Assembly (NCBI GenBank): GCA_004321845.1
Contig: SHBL01000001.1
Location: 1 to 61,350 of the forward strand
DNA length: 61,350 nt
Origin: SAR86 cluster bacterium
Lineage (GTDB): Bacteria; Pseudomonadota; Gammaproteobacteria; Magnimaribacterales; TMED112
Direction: 5' to 3'
Both the position numbers and the translations under genes were made by a program. Every line of letters starts with the position of its first letter. The stretch's first letter is position 1. The notes under the pieces were generated by a model, which saw only the letters and a list, made by a program, of their open reading frames with translations, did no database searches and was not told the origin of the DNA. This document shows, piece by piece, positions 30,690-41,608 of this stretch.

Positions 30690-31414
30690 TTTTTCTCCCT
30701 TGTATAGACATCATATCTTATTGACGAACCATTAAATGATATAGCAGAGCTATCTTTTATACTAGCTGGTGCTCTCAATTCTTTCTTTATAACCAATCTT
30801 CTAAAGTCTGATTTAAAGAAATCATCTGATGGGTTATCGTACTCAGCAAGATACTTATCCATGAATTCCATTTGTTTAGTTCTTTTTAATCTTTTATTTG
30901 AATTAAACATTGGGTCAACATAGATAACATCGTAAGCTTGAGCTGAATCTAAAAATTTACGTGAATCGCTATTTTTGATAGTTATGTTATTTACAGCATC
31001 ATCAAAATAGGAATAATTTGGCAATTCATTAAGAGCCTCTTCCAGCAATATACAAAGACCAATATTCTTTTCAACAACAGTAATCTTTTGTCCCAGCAAA
31101 GCTAGTATGAATGCATCATGTCCAAGTCCACCCGTAGCATCTAATATCTTTTTTGGTTTAGCTGATTGTAGGGCAAATGCTTTCTTTAAAAGAGCTTCAT
31201 TTTGAAATTTTGTAATTCTTGAGTAAAACTTACCTTTTTTAAATGAATTGACTAATTTCATGCCGTTAAAGTGTAAAACTGACGGATTATCTAAATTAAT
31301 GTGTATATCAGGAAATTCTGGTCCAATTAATGGAACATCGTATTTAGAAGACAAATCTTTAGCTCGTTGAAAAAAGTCTGGATCTTCAGTTTTAATTCCT
31401 TTTATATCAGCCAC
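30686..31414 (-). CDS. rsmJ: 16S rRNA m2G1516 methyltransferase RsmJ-like
   Basis: ILDATGGLGHDAFILALLG and VIYVDPMF parallel E. coli RsmJ VVDATAGLGRDAFVLA and VVYLDPMF. Confidence 0.75.
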   Translation of the reverse strand: MADIKGIKTEDPDFFQRAKDLSSKYDVPLIGPEFPDIHINLDNPSVLHFNGMKLVNSFKKGKFYSRITKFQNEALLKKAFALQSAKPKKILDATGGLGHDAFILALLGQKITVVEKNIGLCILLEEALNELPNYSYFDDAVNNITIKNSDSRKFLDSAQAYDVIYVDPMFNSNKRLKRTKQMEFMDKYLAEYDNPSDDFFKSDFRRLVIKKELRAPASIKDSSAISFNGSSIRYDVYTREKK

Positions 31415-32166
31415 AACAACACAGAGCCTAAAATTAATCTATATAAAATAAAAGGTATATAACCTAGCTGTTTTACGAGCTTAATAAAGATAGAAATTGA
31501 AAAATAAGATACTGTAAATGTTGTTAAAAATGCTACAAATGTTGTTAATATGTTTATATCTTCTGTTAAAGTGTTTATATCTTTAAAGCTAAATAATAAG
31601 GCTCCTAGTATCGTAGGGATTGATAGCATCAAGGAATATTTAGCTGCTTCTTCTTTCTTATACCCTAGGATTAGTGACCCAGTTATAGCTGTTCCAGATC
31701 TTGAAGCACCTGAAATTAAACTGAAGGTTTGAAATACACCAATTACTATCGCATGTTTGATGTTCATATTTGAATTTGTTAGCTTGTTTGAGCTAATTTT
31801 CTCAGAAAATAGGAGTAATAATGCAAAAAATAAGTTTGCATATGCTATTGATGTTAATGACCATCTATAATCCCCTACACCCTCGACAAGCAAGACTATT
31901 AGAACAATAGGCAATGTGCTTATAGCCAGATAAACAAAGGATCTTGACATATAAAAGTTAATTCTTAGAAATTCATCTCTAAAATAAATCAAAACAGCTA
32001 GTAAAGTCGCAAAATGTACAGTGATATCAAACAATATGCCCTGATCTGGCCAGCCAAGCAACTTGCTAGGCAATAGTAAGTGTGCAGAACTTGAAATAGG
32101 CAAAAACTCTGTTATTGCCTGAATTATGCTCAAGACTATAGTTTGAAATATGCTTAAATCGTTCAT
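31402..32166 (-). CDS. uppP: undecaprenyl-diphosphate phosphatase
   Basis: 254 aa, polytopic. EFLPISSSAHL and SRSGTAITG BacA motifs. Confidence 0.85.
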   Translation of the reverse strand: MNDLSIFQTIVLSIIQAITEFLPISSSAHLLLPSKLLGWPDQGILFDITVHFATLLAVLIYFRDEFLRINFYMSRSFVYLAISTLPIVLIVLLVEGVGDYRWSLTSIAYANLFFALLLLFSEKISSNKLTNSNMNIKHAIVIGVFQTFSLISGASRSGTAITGSLILGYKKEEAAKYSLMLSIPTILGALLFSFKDINTLTEDINILTTFVAFLTTFTVSYFSISIFIKLVKQLGYIPFILYRLILGSVLLWLI

Positions 32167-32747
32167 TGGCTTTTGTGGTAACTGAGCTCTTTAATATAAT
32201 TAGGGTAATTTGAAGATAATTGATGGTTATCTTCCTTTAAAAGCATATTAAGGATATTAAGGGGTATCGCTGTACTCTCAACTTCCTCCAAAGAACCTAG
32301 AGCAAGCTGGTCTTTCTTAAGCCCAATATATTGTCCTTTGGGTATATTTTTGGCATTCTCACAATAGAAATCTTTACCTTCATGTCTGTAAAAAAAATCA
32401 TTTTTATTTCCCTTGATCACTGGAATCTTTTTGGGGCAATTAAAATTTAAAGCACTCAAGTTAGAGAAGGCATAAAATTCTTTCTCTAAAATTAATTCCA
32501 ATGTTTGTAAAAATGTGTAAGCTAGTCTTGCGCCTGTATATGAACCAGGGCCAGCTGCATAGGCCATTCTATCCAACTTGCTAAATTCAAAATCTGGTAC
32601 TGTTTCTCTCAATGTTTCTATCTTTTTATCCCAATTATTCCTTTTAACTATTTGCTCTTCTTTAAATAAAAATTTATATGACTGTCCATCATATTGAAGT
32701 GTAATGAAATGCATGTCTGAGGTAAGGTCTAAAACTAAGGCGTTCAA
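32163..32747 (-). CDS. tsaB: tRNA t6A biosynthesis protein TsaB (short)
   Basis: YAAGPGSYTGARLAYTFLQ motif of the YeaZ/TsaB family. Confidence 0.72.
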   Translation of the reverse strand: MNALVLDLTSDMHFITLQYDGQSYKFLFKEEQIVKRNNWDKKIETLRETVPDFEFSKLDRMAYAAGPGSYTGARLAYTFLQTLELILEKEFYAFSNLSALNFNCPKKIPVIKGNKNDFFYRHEGKDFYCENAKNIPKGQYIGLKKDQLALGSLEEVESTAIPLNILNMLLKEDNHQLSSNYPNYIKELSYHKSQ

Positions 32748-33379
32748 TTTGAAATGCTTTGACGAATAGATTTTGTTACTTCTTCTAGTGATTTTGAAGC
32801 ATCTATTTCAATAAATTTTAAATTCTTATTTCTATAGAAATCCAGAAGTGGTTCTGTTTCATTAAAATAAACATCTAATCTCTTCTTAATTACTTCTGGT
32901 GCATCATCTTCTCTTTGAATGAGTGCTTCTCCCGTAATATCATCAAAACCTTCTTTTTGTGGAGGGTTATGAATTACGTGATAGGATCTACCAGACGATG
33001 GGTGCACTCTTCTGCCTGACATACGATTAATAATTTCATCTTCTGAGATACTGAGGTATAAAACTAGATCTATTGATACATTAGCTGAATCAAGAGCTTT
33101 ACCTTGATCAAGGTTCCTGGGAAAACCATCTAATAAAAAACCTTTTTTGCAGTCATCTTCACTTATTCTTTGAACAAGCATTTCAACTATTATGTCATTT
33201 GGCACCAAAGTTCCTGATGATAAATAAGTTTGAACTTTATTGGCAAGCTCTCCCTCTGATCTGCTTACTTCCCTCATCATTGCTCCAGTTGAGATATTTG
33301 CAATATCAAAGTCTTTTTGAATTATTTCAGCTTGTGTGCCTTTTCCGGCGCCTGGCATCCCTAAAAGAATTAAGTTCAT
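32744..33379 (-). CDS. adk: adenylate kinase
   Basis: P-loop LLGMPGAGKGTQA and LLDGFPRN motif. Confidence 0.93.
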   Translation of the reverse strand: MNLILLGMPGAGKGTQAEIIQKDFDIANISTGAMMREVSRSEGELANKVQTYLSSGTLVPNDIIVEMLVQRISEDDCKKGFLLDGFPRNLDQGKALDSANVSIDLVLYLSISEDEIINRMSGRRVHPSSGRSYHVIHNPPQKEGFDDITGEALIQREDDAPEVIKKRLDVYFNETEPLLDFYRNKNLKFIEIDASKSLEEVTKSIRQSISN

Positions 33380-33732
33380 TTTTCTATAACTACAAAAGAT
33401 AAAGTATAACTATCAGTATTAGTTATTGATAGATGGTGTTTGGTTGCATCTAATTTACTGCTTCTTATCGATGGCTTTCCTAAATCATCTTTTTCGATAG
33501 AGATATCTGAAGGATAAATCCCTCTAAAGCCTGTTCCTAAAGCTTTAACAAAAGCCTCTTTTGCAGCAAATGATGAACAAAGAAAGTTAACTTTTGCATT
33601 CTCTTTTAGTTTGATAAATTCTTTTTTCTCAAAGTCTGAAAGCACTTTATCTAAGAATCTTTTGTCATATTTTTCATAAATAGCTTTCACCCTATCTCTT
33701 TGAACCAGATCAGTACCTATACCTAAAATCAT
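33376..33732 (-). CDS. acpS: holo-ACP synthase
   Basis: 118 aa; MILGIGTDLV start and FAAKEAFVKALG motif. Confidence 0.85.
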   Translation of the reverse strand: MILGIGTDLVQRDRVKAIYEKYDKRFLDKVLSDFEKKEFIKLKENAKVNFLCSSFAAKEAFVKALGTGFRGIYPSDISIEKDDLGKPSIRSSKLDATKHHLSITNTDSYTLSFVVIEK

Positions 33733-34406
33733 TTAAAAAATACTCTGCTCTTTATATTAAGTTCTTCGAAATAATACTCTATGGTTTTTCTGTTGATTTC
33801 TTTTGATGCTATTAGAGCCTCTCTTGAAAAACTTCTTTTTGAAATTTCATTTAATATTTTACCATCAAAACCACTGGCACTCTTTGAAAAACCAGATTGG
33901 GGTGAATACTTATATTTTTGCTCAAAATCTATGTCATTATTTGTGCCATATTCTGTAGAAAAATTTATTTCATACCCCAACACTCCTAGTAGATCTAATT
34001 CAAAGTTTCTTAATATATTTTCTATAGATTTTTTATCTTTGAGGTTAGAGATACAGTTTTTATAGATATCAAATAGCTCAGCTGATTCCTCTGATTGTGT
34101 TATAAGGAAATTTATTAGTTCATTGATATAAAATGCTGAGTAAAGATTTTCACTCCCTTTAAAGTCTTTAAATACCTCACATGGCTCAGCTAAATATAAT
34201 GTCTTTAGATCCGACCTTCCTCTAAAGTCTATATTTAAACACTGAAAGGGCTCAAGATTCCCAGAGAGCCTAGAATTCTTTCTTTTAGCACCTTTAGCTA
34301 CTGCATTTATTTTTCCGTTATTTTCACTTAAAAAAGTAACGATTAAACTGGTTTCTTTATATGGTCTTGAATGGATTACAAATGCTTTTTGATAGTTTGA
34401 ATCCAT
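33729..34406 (-). CDS. recO: DNA repair protein RecO
   Basis: MDSNYQKAFVIHSRPYKETSL parallels E. coli [20 protein letters not shown]. I chose the ATG at 34406, which overlaps the era stop (TAATG), not the ORF-track start at 34454. Confidence 0.8.
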   Translation of the reverse strand: MDSNYQKAFVIHSRPYKETSLIVTFLSENNGKINAVAKGAKRKNSRLSGNLEPFQCLNIDFRGRSDLKTLYLAEPCEVFKDFKGSENLYSAFYINELINFLITQSEESAELFDIYKNCISNLKDKKSIENILRNFELDLLGVLGYEINFSTEYGTNNDIDFEQKYKYSPQSGFSKSASGFDGKILNEISKRSFSREALIASKEINRKTIEYYFEELNIKSRVFFK

Positions 34407-35287
34407 TAGCTCTTGATACCAAAACTTTCTAAGCTTATTGGGTTGTTTACCCAATTCTTTTGTACCTTACACCAGAGTTTTAGGATAATTTTTTTTTCAA
34501 ATTTTTTCTCTAAGTCTACTCTTGCAGCAATACCTATAGATTTAATTTTTTCTCCACTTTTTCCTATGACTATGCTCTTTTGACTTTGCTTTGAAACATA
34601 GATGTTTGCACTTATCTCAAAAGTTTCTTTTTTCTCATCTAAATGTTCTATAACTACTGCTGTCTCATAAGGTAGCTCGTCTCCTAAGAGACGTATAACT
34701 TTCTCCCTGACTATTTCGCTTATTTCAAAATTCTTGCTTTGAAAACTAATTTCCTCGGGATAAAAAAACTCATTTTCTGGCAAAGCTTTCTCTAACTCTT
34801 TCTCTACTAGATCAATCCCATCATCATTTTTGGCTGAAATAGGGACAATGGCAAAAAAATCATCTTTCTGGAAAGTTTCTTCAACAAAAGTAAAAAGATT
34901 TTTTTTATTTTTTACTAAATCAATTTTATTTATAACAAGTATTTTCTTTGCAGTTGACTGATAAACCAATTCTAATGTTTCCCTGTCAATATCATCAAAC
35001 TTTGTTCCAGAAACCATGAAAATTATTACATCGACATCATGAATAACTTCTGATGGTTTCTTTCGAAGAACTTTATTTAAAGTTTTTTCACTTTTTTTAT
35101 GAATTCCTGGTGTATCTATGAATATTATTTGTGTTTTTTCTAATGTTTTGATGGCATAAATATTTGATCTTGTGGTTTGTGATTTATCGGCAGTAATTGA
35201 TACTTTTTTATCAAGAAATTTGTTTAAAAATGTTGATTTTCCAACATTGGTTTTACCAATAATTGTTGTATAGCCACACTTTATCAA
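34406..35287 (-). CDS. era: GTPase Era
   Basis: G1 motif IIGKTNVGKST, DTPG motif and a KH domain C-terminus (KLWCKVQKNW). Confidence 0.92.
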   Translation of the reverse strand: MIKCGYTTIIGKTNVGKSTFLNKFLDKKVSITADKSQTTRSNIYAIKTLEKTQIIFIDTPGIHKKSEKTLNKVLRKKPSEVIHDVDVIIFMVSGTKFDDIDRETLELVYQSTAKKILVINKIDLVKNKKNLFTFVEETFQKDDFFAIVPISAKNDDGIDLVEKELEKALPENEFFYPEEISFQSKNFEISEIVREKVIRLLGDELPYETAVVIEHLDEKKETFEISANIYVSKQSQKSIVIGKSGEKIKSIGIAARVDLEKKFEKKIILKLWCKVQKNWVNNPISLESFGIKS

Positions 35288-36186
35288 TTTATTTTTCCAA
35301 CCCTATCGGTAGATGGCCACTTGCCTGGTTTCCAGGACATCCAAATATATTCTGCTTTTCCCCAAATAACATCTTCACTAATATAACCCCATGCTCTACT
35401 ATCATTAGAGTTATCTCTATTGTCTCCGCTCACAAAATACATGCCCTCTGGTATTGTCCAGCTGCCACTTTGACCTGTTCTGTCCATATGTCTAATTGTA
35501 TATTCTTTACCTACATTTGATTCGATTAAAAGTCTTGCAGAATCATCCTGTAAGTAATTTTCTTGAGGCAAGACAACCCCATTTACGTAATATTTTTTAT
35601 TCACATACGTAACAACATCTCCACCTTTTGCAATTACTCTTTTAACGAAAGGTACTGTAGGTTTGTGTGGCGGGAAAAAGACAACTATCTCACCAACCTC
35701 CGGTCCAGTTGAAAATAATTTGTCACGACCTGTAAAAGGTATCTCTAAACCATAAGCATTTCTATTAACTAGAACAAAGTCACCTACTTCTAAATTTGGT
35801 CTCATTGACTCCGATGGTATCTGCCAAGGCTCATAAACATAGCCTCTTATAAAAAAAACTAAAAAAATATTAATAAACCAACCTCTGCTTTCTTTAATTA
35901 TTTCCTTATGTCCATTTACCAAAGAAGCGATAAATAAAATTAATGAAAAAAATGAATAAAAAGCCAGCAAATCTCCTATATTCCACTGCCTAACAAATAA
36001 TATTCCAATAATTAGTATTGATATTAATAAGCCTGATCTTTGAGCCCATCGATGAATATTTTGATTAAAGTTATTTGTTGCTTTCATCCAATACCAATGA
36101 ATTGCAATTGCACAAATAACTAAATTGAGAAATATAAATACAGGAACATTTGATATGGGCTGAATAAGGGAAAAGAATGTGCTCAT
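35284..36186 (-). CDS. lepB: signal peptidase I
   Basis: Catalytic-serine box [20 protein letters not shown] box and [11 protein letters not shown] box. Confidence 0.85.
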   Translation of the reverse strand: MSTFFSLIQPISNVPVFIFLNLVICAIAIHWYWMKATNNFNQNIHRWAQRSGLLISILIIGILFVRQWNIGDLLAFYSFFSLILFIASLVNGHKEIIKESRGWFINIFLVFFIRGYVYEPWQIPSESMRPNLEVGDFVLVNRNAYGLEIPFTGRDKLFSTGPEVGEIVVFFPPHKPTVPFVKRVIAKGGDVVTYVNKKYYVNGVVLPQENYLQDDSARLLIESNVGKEYTIRHMDRTGQSGSWTIPEGMYFVSGDNRDNSNDSRAWGYISEDVIWGKAEYIWMSWKPGKWPSTDRVGKIN

Positions 36187-37970
36187 TTTTTGTCAGTGGA
36201 TAGGAAGCTTAAGAAAGCTTCTTGAGGCAGGGCTACTCTACCTATTTGTTTCATTTTCTTCTTTCCAGCTTTTTGCTTTTCAAGAAGCTTCTTCTTTCTT
36301 GTGACATCACCACCGTAAAGTTTAGCAGTAACATTCTTTCTGAAAGCTTTAACGCTCTCTCTAGCGATTATTTTACTACCTAACATGATTTGAATGGGGA
36401 TCTCAAACATTTGTCTTGGAATTACTTCTCGAAGTCTCTTGGCTATTTCTCTTCCTTTTCGCTCTGCTTGTGAACGATGCATTATCGATGAGAGAGAGTC
36501 TACCACTAGACCATTAATTGCCACATCTACTTTCACAAGCTTGGCAGTTTGAAACCTATCAAATACAAAATCAACTGATGCATATCCCTGACTTTTTGAT
36601 TTAAGAATATCAAAGAAGTCCATAACTATTTCAGATAATGGCATTTCAAAAATGATGGAAACTTGCCCACCTAAGTACTGTAAATCTTTCTGCACCCCTC
36701 TTTTAGACATAGCTAATTCAATTACATCTCCCACGTATTTATTTGGGCATAGAATAGTTGAACGTATTATCGGCTCTCTAATTTCTTGTATTTCATTTAC
36801 TGTAGGTAATTCGGCAGGAGAACTAATTGTTGATTCTTCTCCATTAGTTCTTAGTATTTCATATGCAACGCTTGGAGCTGTAGTTATCAAATCTAAGTCA
36901 TATTCTCTTTCCAGTCTTTCTTTCACTACTTCCAGATGTAATGTTCCTAGAAAACCACATCTGAAACCACTGCCTAAAATTTCTGAATTCTCAGGCTCAA
37001 AAGTAAGTGAAGAATCATTCAGGTTTAGTTTTTGTAAAGCTTCTCTGAAGGCTTGGTAATCATTTGAATCAATTGGAAAAAAAGATGCGAACACTTGTGG
37101 CTGAACTTCTTCAAAACCATCTAGTTCATTTGTATCAGGATGTTTTGAAGATATCAGAGTGTCTCCTACTGGAACAGACTTGAGATCTTTAACACTTGCA
37201 ACCAAATACCCAACTTCGCCTTCTTTTAATTCATTGCAAGGAACTTTCTTTGGTGTGAATTTCCCAATAGTATCAGCGGTATAAGTTTGGCCTGTGGATT
37301 TAACAATAAATTTGTCTCCTTTTTTTAGGGAACCACTAAAAATTCTAATTAATGAAATAACGCCAAGAAAATTATCGTACCAAGAATCGATAATAAGTGC
37401 CTGCAAGTTTTCTTCTGTACTTTTCTTTGGTGGAGGAACTTTTTGAGCTATCTGCCTTAATAATTCATTTAAGTTTGTTCCATCTTTTGCACTCACAAAC
37501 AATGCTTCCGATGCATCAATACCAATAATCTCCTCTATTTCATTTTTAACTCTTTCTGGTTCAGCTTGAGGAAGGTCAATCTTGTTAATTACAGGTATTA
37601 CTTCTAAACCAAGATCTATCGCTTTGTAACAAGTTGATAATGTTTGAGCTTCGACTCCTTGCGATCCATCCACGACAAGTAATGCGCCCTCACAGGCAGC
37701 TAACGATCTCGAGACCTCATAAGAGAAGTCAACGTGACCTGGGGTATCTATAAGGTTGAATTGATACTCTTCATCATCGACATAATTTAATGCCACTGAT
37801 TGAGCTTTTATAGTAATTCCTCGTTCTCTTTCTAATTCTAAAGTATCGAGAACCTGTGATTTCATTTCTCTTTTACTAAGACCTCCACAGAATTCAATTA
37901 TTCTGTCAGACAGAGTGGACTTCCCATGATCAATATGAGCAATGATTGAGAAATTTCTAATCTTATTCAA
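36183..37970 (-). CDS. lepA: elongation factor 4 (LepA)
   Basis: 595 aa; [20 protein letters not shown] and a LepA C-terminal domain. Confidence 0.95.
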   Translation of the reverse strand: MNKIRNFSIIAHIDHGKSTLSDRIIEFCGGLSKREMKSQVLDTLELERERGITIKAQSVALNYVDDEEYQFNLIDTPGHVDFSYEVSRSLAACEGALLVVDGSQGVEAQTLSTCYKAIDLGLEVIPVINKIDLPQAEPERVKNEIEEIIGIDASEALFVSAKDGTNLNELLRQIAQKVPPPKKSTEENLQALIIDSWYDNFLGVISLIRIFSGSLKKGDKFIVKSTGQTYTADTIGKFTPKKVPCNELKEGEVGYLVASVKDLKSVPVGDTLISSKHPDTNELDGFEEVQPQVFASFFPIDSNDYQAFREALQKLNLNDSSLTFEPENSEILGSGFRCGFLGTLHLEVVKERLEREYDLDLITTAPSVAYEILRTNGEESTISSPAELPTVNEIQEIREPIIRSTILCPNKYVGDVIELAMSKRGVQKDLQYLGGQVSIIFEMPLSEIVMDFFDILKSKSQGYASVDFVFDRFQTAKLVKVDVAINGLVVDSLSSIMHRSQAERKGREIAKRLREVIPRQMFEIPIQIMLGSKIIARESVKAFRKNVTAKLYGGDVTRKKKLLEKQKAGKKKMKQIGRVALPQEAFLSFLSTDKK

Positions 37971-39333
37971 CTGTTACTGCAACAAAAAAGTTGGAACCCT
38001 CTCTGGTTCCAAATACCGCTATTTTGTCACCTACAGCAAATGAATCAAGTGCATTTTTAAAATCTTCAACTTTTGAAATATCATAAGTCGTGTTGCCAGA
38101 TTTTATTTTGGTAATAATATCTCCGCTAAGAATTTGTCCTACAGCAGGAGAGTCTCTTGTTACTTGGACTACTCTTACACCAGTAAATTCTTCATTGTCT
38201 GTGTTCTCAAGTTCTAGTCCAAGAGGAAAGTTTGGTACATCTGGTTCATTATTGACTGGATCTGGTCTTTCTTGTGATGGAAGTTCTCCAACTTTCACAT
38301 ATAAATTTGTATACTCACCATCTCTGAATAATTTAATTTTTAGATTAGTTTTTGGCTTTGTCATCCCCACAGAGTGCTGCAAGTCCTTAAAGTAAATAAC
38401 ATCTTTTTTTCCAACTTTAACAATTACATCACCTGGCTTAATGCCGCCTTTTTCAGCTGCTCCATCTTTAACAACTGCCCTAACCAATGCTCCAATTGGT
38501 TTTTCCATTCCAAGAGCTTCTGCTAAATCGCTAGAAACTTCTCCACCCTGAACTCCTAGATAGCCCCTAGAAAATTTTCCGTTGTCTTTAAGCTGCTCAA
38601 CAACTTCAAGTGCTATGTTAATAGGTATTGCAAATGCCAAGCCTTCGTTTCCGCCTGACCTTGAAAAAATCTGAGAATTAATACCTATAACTTCTCCCTC
38701 GGTATTAAATAATGGGCCTCCAGAATTTCCCCTATTAACTGCTGCATCTGTTTGGAGATATGGGACATAGTCGCCTATACCTTGCCCAGAAGTTATGCCT
38801 CTGCCTGTTGCACTAATTATTCCGAATGTAACAGAAAAATCATAATTGTAGGGTGAACCAATTGCTATCACTCCATCCCCCTGCTCAACCTCATCAGAAT
38901 TGCCAATTTCAACTGGATCAAAATCATCCGAATCAATTTTTAGTAGTGCCAAATCACTTAATTCGTCCATACCTACAATCTCAGCTTTAAATTCCCTTCG
39001 ATCTAGAAACTTAACAAGAACTTCATCGGCACCCTGAACAACATGGAAATTGGTTATCACATATCCATTTTTGTCTATTACAAAACCAGACCCTGTGCTG
39101 ATTGATTCTCTTTCTTTTCCTCGCGGATCATTCATCTCTGGCATAGGTATGCCAAATTCTCTGAAAAGCTCCTCCGGGAAGCCTCCTAGTGATCTTCTGT
39201 TGTATTTAATTTTTCGAATAGATTGAATATTTACAACTGATTCAGATTGGTTCTTAACAAGTTCAGAAAAATCAAATTCGTGAGCATCCAGACTAAACAG
39301 AAATACTAGAATTATTGCTATAAACTTTTTCAT
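37963..39333 (-). CDS. periplasmic serine endoprotease DegP/MucD family
   Basis: Signal peptide, trypsin-like GNSGGPL motif and two PDZ-like regions. Position matches mucD between the sigma-E cluster and lepA. Confidence 0.88.
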   Translation of the reverse strand: MKKFIAIILVFLFSLDAHEFDFSELVKNQSESVVNIQSIRKIKYNRRSLGGFPEELFREFGIPMPEMNDPRGKERESISTGSGFVIDKNGYVITNFHVVQGADEVLVKFLDRREFKAEIVGMDELSDLALLKIDSDDFDPVEIGNSDEVEQGDGVIAIGSPYNYDFSVTFGIISATGRGITSGQGIGDYVPYLQTDAAVNRGNSGGPLFNTEGEVIGINSQIFSRSGGNEGLAFAIPINIALEVVEQLKDNGKFSRGYLGVQGGEVSSDLAEALGMEKPIGALVRAVVKDGAAEKGGIKPGDVIVKVGKKDVIYFKDLQHSVGMTKPKTNLKIKLFRDGEYTNLYVKVGELPSQERPDPVNNEPDVPNFPLGLELENTDNEEFTGVRVVQVTRDSPAVGQILSGDIITKIKSGNTTYDISKVEDFKNALDSFAVGDKIAVFGTREGSNFFVAVTVE

Positions 39334-39340
39334 TAATAAT

Positions 39341-40075
39341 TTATTTTACAGGTCTTATAGAGTTGAGGATTCTTTTTCCTGATTCAATATCTATATCACC
39401 AAAAATCGCAATAGTATGCGGCTTATCAGAATGAATTAGGGTTTTCTTAATCAAAATAAAATTTTCTTTTTTGTAAACACCATCGGGAAGATTAAGTGTA
39501 TTAGGACTATCGATAAAAATTGAGAATTCTTTTTTGTTAGCTTTATTTGTGAACCTATTACTTAATCTGTCGTCTGTATTGAAGCCTCTTGGCAACCATT
39601 GTGGCTGATATGCCACAGGCATAATATTTGTATTCACATTTGGTGCGTAGTGCCTGGATGCAAATTGCAAAATCTCATCTGTCTTAATATTTTCTAGAAT
39701 TTGTTTAGCTTCCACTGATGCTATTGATTGCTGCAATAACAAACTAGCCTTATTTTCATCTGTATTATTTATCGCATTATTTAGAATTGAATAACTTAAC
39801 AAGGCACCAACAGAGAATATAGTTATAGGCATAACAAGCCTTTGGTTAAAAGCAGAAAATAAATTTTTTAGTGACATATTTGCTAATTGCTGTTTAAAAC
39901 CAATGGGTTTTAAATCTTTTGCTGTATCACTTATTTCAATAATATTGAAATACAAATCTTTAAGCTCAGGTTTAGTCTTCATGTCTTTAATAAGACAATC
40001 TACTTCTTCTGTACTTAGCTCTCCGTCAACAAATGCAGATATTCTGCTAAAATCATAGTCTGAAATATTATTCAT
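39341..40075 (-). CDS. anti-sigma-E factor: RseA-like N-domain, TM helix and RseB-C-like periplasmic domain
   Basis: ISAFVDGEL resembles RseA LSALMDGE. TM helix LVMPITIFSVGALLSYSIL. C-terminal YQPQWLPRGF...FSIFI...IAIFGDIDIESGKRILNSI parallels E. coli RseB WTPTWLPQGF...FSFSV...ITIVGELPPQTAKRIAENI. Confidence 0.6.
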   Translation of the reverse strand: MNNISDYDFSRISAFVDGELSTEEVDCLIKDMKTKPELKDLYFNIIEISDTAKDLKPIGFKQQLANMSLKNLFSAFNQRLVMPITIFSVGALLSYSILNNAINNTDENKASLLLQQSIASVEAKQILENIKTDEILQFASRHYAPNVNTNIMPVAYQPQWLPRGFNTDDRLSNRFTNKANKKEFSIFIDSPNTLNLPDGVYKKENFILIKKTLIHSDKPHTIAIFGDIDIESGKRILNSIRPVK

Positions 40076-40611
40076 AATTTTTCTTTTAAATTCTCCATTA
40101 AATATTGTCTTGCTCTAAAAATTCTAGACCTTACTGTTCCAACGGGCACACTTGTTATGTTTGCAATTTCCTCATAATTCTTTGAATCTACTTCACACAA
40201 TATGTATGCTGTTCTCTGCTCTTCGGGCAACTCATTCAATAAGCTTTTTACCGATTCAAATAGCTCAGTATTCTCAATAGACTCAACAACGTTATTTGGG
40301 GCTGCAAGTGTACTTTCAAACCCTTCGTCTATCTGGCTTTCTCTAGAAGAATTTATTTTTGTAATTGCTAGATTAAAACCGATCCTATACAACCAAGTGT
40401 AAAAATTAGAATTTCCTTTAAAAGTTTCAATCTTTTCCCATGCTCTCATAAATGCTTGTTGAACAACATCTTCTGTTTCATGGTAGTTTCTTAAAATCTT
40501 GAATAAAGAATGATGAAGTCGGGTTTTAAAAGTAGTAAAAAGCAACTCGAATGCATTCGAGTCGCCTTTCTGTGAGAGCTCCACTAGTTGTGGAATACTA
40601 TTTTTTTTCAT
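40072..40611 (-). CDS. rpoE: ECF sigma factor sigma-E (RpoE/AlgU)
   Basis: 179 aa with sigma-70 region 2 and region 4 (PVGTVRSRIFRAR). Followed by the anti-sigma gene. Confidence 0.88.
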   Translation of the reverse strand: MKKNSIPQLVELSQKGDSNAFELLFTTFKTRLHHSLFKILRNYHETEDVVQQAFMRAWEKIETFKGNSNFYTWLYRIGFNLAITKINSSRESQIDEGFESTLAAPNNVVESIENTELFESVKSLLNELPEEQRTAYILCEVDSKNYEEIANITSVPVGTVRSRIFRARQYLMENLKEKL

Positions 40612-40647
40612 CTACACCTTTGATATTGAATTTTTAAATAAGTTCAT

Positions 40648-40881
40648 TTAATTAGCAAATTTTTTTAACTTTGGAAATTTCTCAGAAAATAGCCTTTTAT
40701 TTTTAAAGATTAGGTCGAAAAGCTCTTGATCATTAAGATCTAGCAATTTATTCAATTCATCTTTTTGGTTTGCATCCATATCCTGGAAGCCAGCAATAAG
40801 TTTTTTTACTACAAATGTAGTTTCCTTCATTCCTCTTCTTGATTTAAAATTTAATTTTTTAAGTAACAGATCATTATTCAT
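40648..40881 (-). CDS. sdhE: FAD assembly factor SdhE (YgfY)
   Basis: 77 aa; SRRGMKE (RGxxE motif) and DQELFDLI pattern. Confidence 0.8.
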   Translation of the reverse strand: MNNDLLLKKLNFKSRRGMKETTFVVKKLIAGFQDMDANQKDELNKLLDLNDQELFDLIFKNKRLFSEKFPKLKKFAN

Positions 40882-41608
40882 GGCATTAAGTTTTTCCTTA
40901 CCAAATTATACTTCGATATTAGTCAAAGGAGTTGATTCAGAAAAGCTTCTTCAAGGCCAGATATCTTGCGATCTTGCTCAAAATAAAAGGTATTTTGATG
41001 GGCTCTTCTGTGATGAGAAGGGTTACATTATTACAAATGCAGTAGTTATCAAAGATGACTTCTTTACCATTATCGTTAAAAAAAGTGTTTCCAAATTCCT
41101 AAAGGCAGAATTAGAAAAATTTGCAAAGTTTTTTAATTGTGAGGTTTCTGAGGAAAATCAGATTATTTATGGTGAATGTAAAAATAAAGTTTTCAAGAAA
41201 CATTTAGGAAAAAAGGATTTTCAAGAAACAAATATTGAATGGGATTTGCAGACTATGAAAAATTTCTGCTTCGATATTGAAGAACAACACTCAAATAAAT
41301 TCAGAATTAATGAGTTGGGATATAATTTTGAAGACTATGTTTCCTACGATAAAGGCTGTTATAGAGGACAAGAAATCATTGCTAGGTTAACTTATCTTGG
41401 TAAGAAGGTTAAGAAAGCAGTTGTATTCAATAATGCAATTGAATCTATATCAGACTCGTCCGGGAAAAAAATTGGAAAAAAGATTTTAGAGATACAATCA
41501 AAAAAATTTAATTTAACTCAGTTTTTTGTGGAGGAGAATGAGTATTATCATGAAGGTAAGAAAATTATTCCAGTTTCCAGCCAATGGGAACAAGACCAAG
41601 ATCTATAA
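40880..41608 (+). CDS. ygfZ: folate-binding protein YgfZ
   Basis: VKGVDSEKLLQGQISCDL and KGCYRGQEIIARL signatures. The start codon overlaps the divergent sdhE start (CATG). Confidence 0.75.
   Translation: MALSFSLPNYTSILVKGVDSEKLLQGQISCDLAQNKRYFDGLFCDEKGYIITNAVVIKDDFFTIIVKKSVSKFLKAELEKFAKFFNCEVSEENQIIYGECKNKVFKKHLGKKDFQETNIEWDLQTMKNFCFDIEEQHSNKFRINELGYNFEDYVSYDKGCYRGQEIIARLTYLGKKVKKAVVFNNAIESISDSSGKKIGKKILEIQSKKFNLTQFFVEENEYYHEGKKIIPVSSQWEQDQDL

Noticed and set aside
40648-40881. SdhE as the CptB antitoxin of a CptAB toxin-antitoxin pair, and MORN/YwqK (50048-50422) as an 'antitoxin'.
   Set aside because: No cptA/ygfX-like membrane toxin follows sdhE; rpoE follows after 36 nt. The YwqK-type label is only a naming convention, and the protein here has an export signal and sits in a glycan operon.
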